Below, piece after piece: positions 59,799 through 64,000 of a DNA stretch of 64,000 nt. The stretch comes from Ruminococcus sp. (GTDB lineage: Bacteria > Bacillota > Clostridia > Oscillospirales > Acutalibacteraceae): NCBI GenBank assembly GCA_017464765.1, contig JAFTYK010000035.1:18577-82576 (forward strand). The letters run 5' to 3'. A program made the position numbers and the translations under genes. The notes beneath the pieces are model-generated. The model saw only the letters and a list, made by a program, of their open reading frames with translations. It ran no database searches and was not told the origin of the DNA. Position 1 is the first letter of the stretch. Each line of letters begins with the position of its first letter.

Positions 59799-60845
59799 AT
59801 GAAAGCTGCTGTATTACACGCTAACAAAGATATAAGATTCGACGAAATCCCTACTCCAAAAGTAGAAAAAGGCACAGTACTCGTTAAAGTTGTTGCTACA
59901 GGCATCTGTGGCTCTGATTTACCACGAGTTCACGATCATGCTGCACACAACTACCCTATTATTTTAGGTCACGAGTTCTCAGGTTATGTTGCTGAAGTCG
60001 GCGAAGGCGTTACTTCCGTTTCTAAAGACGACCACGTTGTTGGCATTCCTCTCGTTCCTTGTATGGAGTGCGAGGATTGCAAGAATGGTAACTACTCGCT
60101 TTGTAAGCACTACAGCTTCGTTGGTTCACGTCAGAACGGTTCTATGGCAGAGTACGTACTTCTTCCTGAATCAAACGTTATGAAAATCGACAAAGCTATT
60201 CCTTATGAAGTAGCTGCATTTTTTGAACCATCGACCGTTGCTATCCACGCTTTGTATCAGACTGACTACAAAGACGGCGGTACAGTAGCAGTTTTAGGTG
60301 GCGGTAACATCGGTCTGTTCACACTTCAATGGATTAAGATTTTCGGTGCAAAGAAAGTTGTTGTTATCGACGTTGACCACGACAGACTCAAGGATTCTAT
60401 TGATTTAGGCGCTGATGCTGTAGTTGCTCTTTGCGACGAGGACTACAAAGAACAGTTAAACGCACTTACTGACAATCGTGGTTTTGACTACGTTTTTGTT
60501 TCAACAGGTTCAACTGAAGCTATGAAGCTTGCTTTTGAAATTGCTGGAAACAAAGCTCACCTCTGCTTCATCGGTACTCCTACAAAGGAAATGACATTCT
60601 CAGTAAGAGAATGGGAAAATATGAACCGCAAGGAATTCTACCTCACAGGCTCCTGGATGTCTTATTCAAAAGAATTCCCAGGTAAAGAATGGGAAATGAC
60701 CGACAAGCACTTTGCTAAGGGTGACCTTAAAGTTACCGATAGTATGATTTTTGCGCAATATCCACTTGATAAAACTATGGAGGCGTTCAACCTTTTCACT
60801 GTACCGGGCAAGGTAAAGGGTAAGGTTCAGATTATCGACAAATAA
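59799..60845 (+). CDS. galactitol-1-phosphate 5-dehydrogenase-like Zn alcohol dehydrogenase
   Basis: GICGSD, GHEFSG, PLVPC..C..C...YSLC..Y.F.GSR, GSWMSYS..FPG.EW. Confidence 0.88.
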   Translation: MKAAVLHANKDIRFDEIPTPKVEKGTVLVKVVATGICGSDLPRVHDHAAHNYPIILGHEFSGYVAEVGEGVTSVSKDDHVVGIPLVPCMECEDCKNGNYSLCKHYSFVGSRQNGSMAEYVLLPESNVMKIDKAIPYEVAAFFEPSTVAIHALYQTDYKDGGTVAVLGGGNIGLFTLQWIKIFGAKKVVVIDVDHDRLKDSIDLGADAVVALCDEDYKEQLNALTDNRGFDYVFVSTGSTEAMKLAFEIAGNKAHLCFIGTPTKEMTFSVREWENMNRKEFYLTGSWMSYSKEFPGKEWEMTDKHFAKGDLKVTDSMIFAQYPLDKTMEAFNLFTVPGKVKGKVQIIDK

Positions 60846-60858
60846 TCTGCAAAGTATT

Positions 60859-61986
60859 ATGGCTAATAGTATTAAAGAGCGTATCTACAAATTTGACAAC
60901 ATCAAGTTTTTATCTATTATGCTTGTTGTTGTCGGTCACGTAATCGAAGCTTACGTTGACAAGTCAGATATGTTTAAAAGCTTGTTTGTTTTCATCTATT
61001 CGTTCCATATGCCGTTGTTTATCTATCTCAGCGGTTTGTTTCAGAAACGATTCAGCGATGAAAACAAGCTCAAAATTAATAAAATTGCTTTTTATGTAGC
61101 GCTTGGATTTTTACTAAAATTCATTAATGCCCTCGCTAAAATGACGAACGGAAAAGATTTTTCCATCAACTTTTTCGGTGGTGCGAGTATCGACTGGTAC
61201 CTGTTCGTACTTTCGATGTTTATGGTGACAGCGTACTTAACAAGAAAAGTCCACCCTGCTATTATGCTTAGTTTATCGATTCTCATCGGCTGTGTGTCAG
61301 GATATTTCGATTTCATCGATGACACACTTTATCTCTCAAGATTCTTTGTGTTCCTGCCGATTTATCTTATCGGCTACTATATGACTCCTCAGCTTCTGAT
61401 TAAAATCGAGAAAAATTATGTTGTTAAAGCAGTGAGCGGTCTTTTTATGCTCGTTTATTTTGTTTTATGTTTCAGAAATCTGGACATTATTTACAAACTC
61501 AGACGACTTTTCACAGGTAAAAATCCTTTCTCTAGCGTCCCGATTGACGGATGCGGTTTTGAACACAGACTGCTCTGCTACGGTATTTCCATTGTGCTTT
61601 GTATGGCTGTTTTCTGCTTCATTCCTAACATCAAGGTTCCGCTTATATCTAATATGGGAGCTAACACCCTAGCGGTGTATTTTTGGCACAGACCCCTGCT
61701 TTACCTATTAAGCGCTACAGGTTTTTTTGATTTGGTAATAGGATTAGGCGACCCGCTATATAAGATCATTCTGCTATCTTTTGCTGTGGTATTCGCCTTT
61801 GTGTTGTCTTTCAACATCTTCATGGCACCACTTAAGTTCTTATCAAAGCAAATTGATAAACTAAAAGCCTCTTGGTGTTACGTGGTAATTTTCGCTCCGT
61901 TTGTTTTAGGACTTATCACAATGTACAAAGAACTACCAGGATATATATCTTATATATTCAATAAAACTAAAAACATTTTCTCATAA
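60859..61986 (+). CDS. acyltransferase-3 family membrane protein
   Basis: FDNIK...VVVGH, IYSFHMPLF..LSG, W.L, G..TL.VY.WH. Confidence 0.88.
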   Translation: MANSIKERIYKFDNIKFLSIMLVVVGHVIEAYVDKSDMFKSLFVFIYSFHMPLFIYLSGLFQKRFSDENKLKINKIAFYVALGFLLKFINALAKMTNGKDFSINFFGGASIDWYLFVLSMFMVTAYLTRKVHPAIMLSLSILIGCVSGYFDFIDDTLYLSRFFVFLPIYLIGYYMTPQLLIKIEKNYVVKAVSGLFMLVYFVLCFRNLDIIYKLRRLFTGKNPFSSVPIDGCGFEHRLLCYGISIVLCMAVFCFIPNIKVPLISNMGANTLAVYFWHRPLLYLLSATGFFDLVIGLGDPLYKIILLSFAVVFAFVLSFNIFMAPLKFLSKQIDKLKASWCYVVIFAPFVLGLITMYKELPGYISYIFNKTKNIFS

Positions 61987-62031
61987 CAAAAACCGCAGGT
62001 CATTGATTTGACTTGCGGTTTATCTTTTCTA

Positions 62032-63060
62032 TTAAACTAAATCAGCTATATCATAAATAAGCTTCTCGGTTTTCTCCCAACCAATACATGGGTCGGTGAT
62101 ACTCTTACCGTACACACCGCCGTCAACAGGCTGGTTGCCGTCTTCTAAGTAGCTTTCAATCATAAAGCCTTTCACCATAGCTTTCACATCAGCATTGTGG
62201 CGACAGGAGTGTAAAACTTCCTTACAAATACGCGACTGCTCAAATGGGTTCTTTGCGGAATTCGAGTGGTTAGCGTCAACAACTAACGCAATATTTTCAA
62301 GCCCACGCTGTACGTACATTTCGTGTAAAAGCTCTAAATCCTCATAGTGATAGTTAGGCATCATCTTTCCGTGCTTGTTAACATATCCACGAAGAATAGC
62401 GTGGGAAAGCTTATTTCCTGTGGTCTTAACCTGCCAGCCTCTGAAAATAAAAGTATGACTGTGCTGTGCCGCTTCGATAGAATTCAGCATAACACTGTAG
62501 TCGCCGCTGGTTGGGTTTTTCATACCAACAGGAACAGTAATTCCGCTACTAACAAGCCTATGCTCCTGATTCTCGACAGAACGAGCGCCGATAGCAACAT
62601 AAGACATAAGGTCGTCTAAATAGCGATAGTTCGCAGGATAGAGCATCTCATCAGCAGTAGACATGCCATACTCGGTAAGAACCTTTGAGTGAAGCTCACG
62701 GATTGCTAAGATACCCTTAAAAGTATCCGGCTTAGAATTAGGGTCAGGCTGATGCATCATACCCTTATACCCGCTACCGTTAGTACGTGGTTTATTTGTG
62801 TAAACTCTTGGAATAAGAATCAGCTTATCGCTGACCTTTTCCTGAACTTTACTTAGTCTATCAACGTACTCAAGCACCGCATCTTCTCTGTCAGCAGAGC
62901 AAGGTCCGATAACTAAAACGAGCTTATCTGACTCACCTTTGAATACATCTGCTACTTGCTTATCAATAATCGCTTTGCGTTCGCTAGCTTCTAAAGATAA
63001 CGGATAAGCTTCTTTCACTTCCATTGGAATAGGTAATTTTTTTTCAAAAATCATTGACAT
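62032..63060 (-). CDS. aroF: DAHP synthase class I-alpha
   Basis: GPCS, KPRT, IGARS, GMKNPT, DANHSNS, SITDPC; paralogue name (aroF/G/H) uncertain. Confidence 0.92.
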   Translation of the reverse strand: MSMIFEKKLPIPMEVKEAYPLSLEASERKAIIDKQVADVFKGESDKLVLVIGPCSADREDAVLEYVDRLSKVQEKVSDKLILIPRVYTNKPRTNGSGYKGMMHQPDPNSKPDTFKGILAIRELHSKVLTEYGMSTADEMLYPANYRYLDDLMSYVAIGARSVENQEHRLVSSGITVPVGMKNPTSGDYSVMLNSIEAAQHSHTFIFRGWQVKTTGNKLSHAILRGYVNKHGKMMPNYHYEDLELLHEMYVQRGLENIALVVDANHSNSAKNPFEQSRICKEVLHSCRHNADVKAMVKGFMIESYLEDGNQPVDGGVYGKSITDPCIGWEKTEKLIYDIADLV

Positions 63061-63140
63061 TTTGCGTCCCTCCAAACAACAAAAATAATACCGCAGAATT
63101 ACGAGTTTGTCAATAAAACAGTAAGTCTGCGGTATAGATT

Positions 63141-63671
63141 TTATTTCTTAAGCTTATCCCACAAAACAACTTCGCCTGTAACAAGGGAACGCTTCACGTC
63201 GATTACACGCTGGTTTTTGCTACCACGAAATTGAAGTGTAATATCCCTTTGTTCTTCGATATAGCGTCCGTCAACAAGTATATCGATGTAAGAAAGCATT
63301 TCATCGGTATATTCGCATCTCGCTCTGCTTTCTTCTAAGAGTTCTTTATCAAAAAGGTAACCCGTATAGCACCAGATATCCTTATCAGGATATTTCTCTT
63401 TCACCTTTTTAAGAAAATGAACGAGTACTTCTTGGTTTTTGACCTCAAAAGGCTCTCCGCCTAATAGCGATAGACCGTTCACAAAGTTCGGACTTAAATG
63501 CTCTAAAATGAGGTTTTCGGTATCCTTAGTGAATTTTTCTCCATAAGAAAAATCCCATGTTTCTTTGTTGAAACAATTCCTACAATGATGCGTACAACCC
63601 GAAACAAAGAGTGATACTCTCACCCCTATGCCATTTGCTATATCTCGTTTTTTAATCGTAGCGTAATTCAT
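63141..63671 (-). CDS. nrdG: anaerobic ribonucleotide reductase activase
   Basis: ANG.GVRVSLFVSGCTHHCRNCFN, LGGEP, FRGSKNQR. Confidence 0.96.
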   Translation of the reverse strand: MNYATIKKRDIANGIGVRVSLFVSGCTHHCRNCFNKETWDFSYGEKFTKDTENLILEHLSPNFVNGLSLLGGEPFEVKNQEVLVHFLKKVKEKYPDKDIWCYTGYLFDKELLEESRARCEYTDEMLSYIDILVDGRYIEEQRDITLQFRGSKNQRVIDVKRSLVTGEVVLWDKLKK

Positions 63672-64000
63672 CAGATGTGTAGCACTCTTTCCTGAATTTC
63701 CTGAGTTCTGCCCTGATTCCAGTACTGAGTTCCGATGTAACCGCAGGTGCGTCTTGCTACATTCATTGTATCCTGGTCTCTATTCCCACAGTTAGGACAT
63801 TCCCAAACCAACTTTCCGTCATCATTAACAATAACGATTTCACCGTCAAAACCACATTTCTGACAGTAATCGCTCTTAGTATTAAGCTCAGCATACATAA
63901 TGTTATCGTAAATAAAGCGGATAATCTGAAGCACCGCATCAAGGTTATTCTGCATATTAGGAACCTCAACATAACTGATAGCTCCGCCTGTTGAAAGCGC
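63671..64000 (-). CDS. nrdD: anaerobic ribonucleoside-triphosphate reductase, 3' part (truncated by window)
   Basis: GGAISY, CxxC...CPNCG, glycyl-radical loop RRTCGYIG. Confidence 0.95.
   Translation of the reverse strand, partial: ALSTGGAISYVEVPNMQNNLDAVLQIIRFIYDNIMYAELNTKSDYCQKCGFDGEIVIVNDDGKLVWECPNCGNRDQDTMNVARRTCGYIGTQYWNQGRTQEIQERVLHI

Noticed and set aside
58452-60845. Galactitol catabolic operon
   Set aside because: No PTS, kinase or aldolase nearby; genes are embedded between tarI/licD and an acyltransferase.

Overview
Chromosomal window from a Clostridia (Oscillospiraceae/Ruminococcus bromii-like, inferred from dockerin and starch-binding proteins). Core genes: glgC-glgD-glgA, sugar O-acetyltransferase, SRP RNA-dnaX-ybaB-recR-smpB-tmRNA. 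A ~27.6 kb integrative element (8263-35908) sits in the tmRNA 3' end, bounded by a 13-bp direct repeat. It encodes a large serine recombinase whose ORF crosses the att site, a gene II/X/Rep_trans-like initiator, structured leader RNAs and a dockerin protein. It also carries dense defence cargo: type I R-M with five interleaved genes, GmrSD-like, MazF, ApeA-like HEPN, a DUF3990 pair and an MqsRA-SecB TAC. Downstream are an XRE/Cys-rich module, a YtrA-type ABC operon, a non-catalytic starch-binding protein, and a Wzx/Wzy polysaccharide locus with an HpnJ-like B12 radical SAM, a kinase and a phosphotransferase. Divergent from it is a licD-tarI-gatZ-gatD-acyltransferase operon that looks like a CDP-galactitol/altritol biosynthesis route that I do not know to be described. 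The window ends with aroF, nrdG and a partial nrdD. All family calls come from motifs read by eye; no database searches were run.
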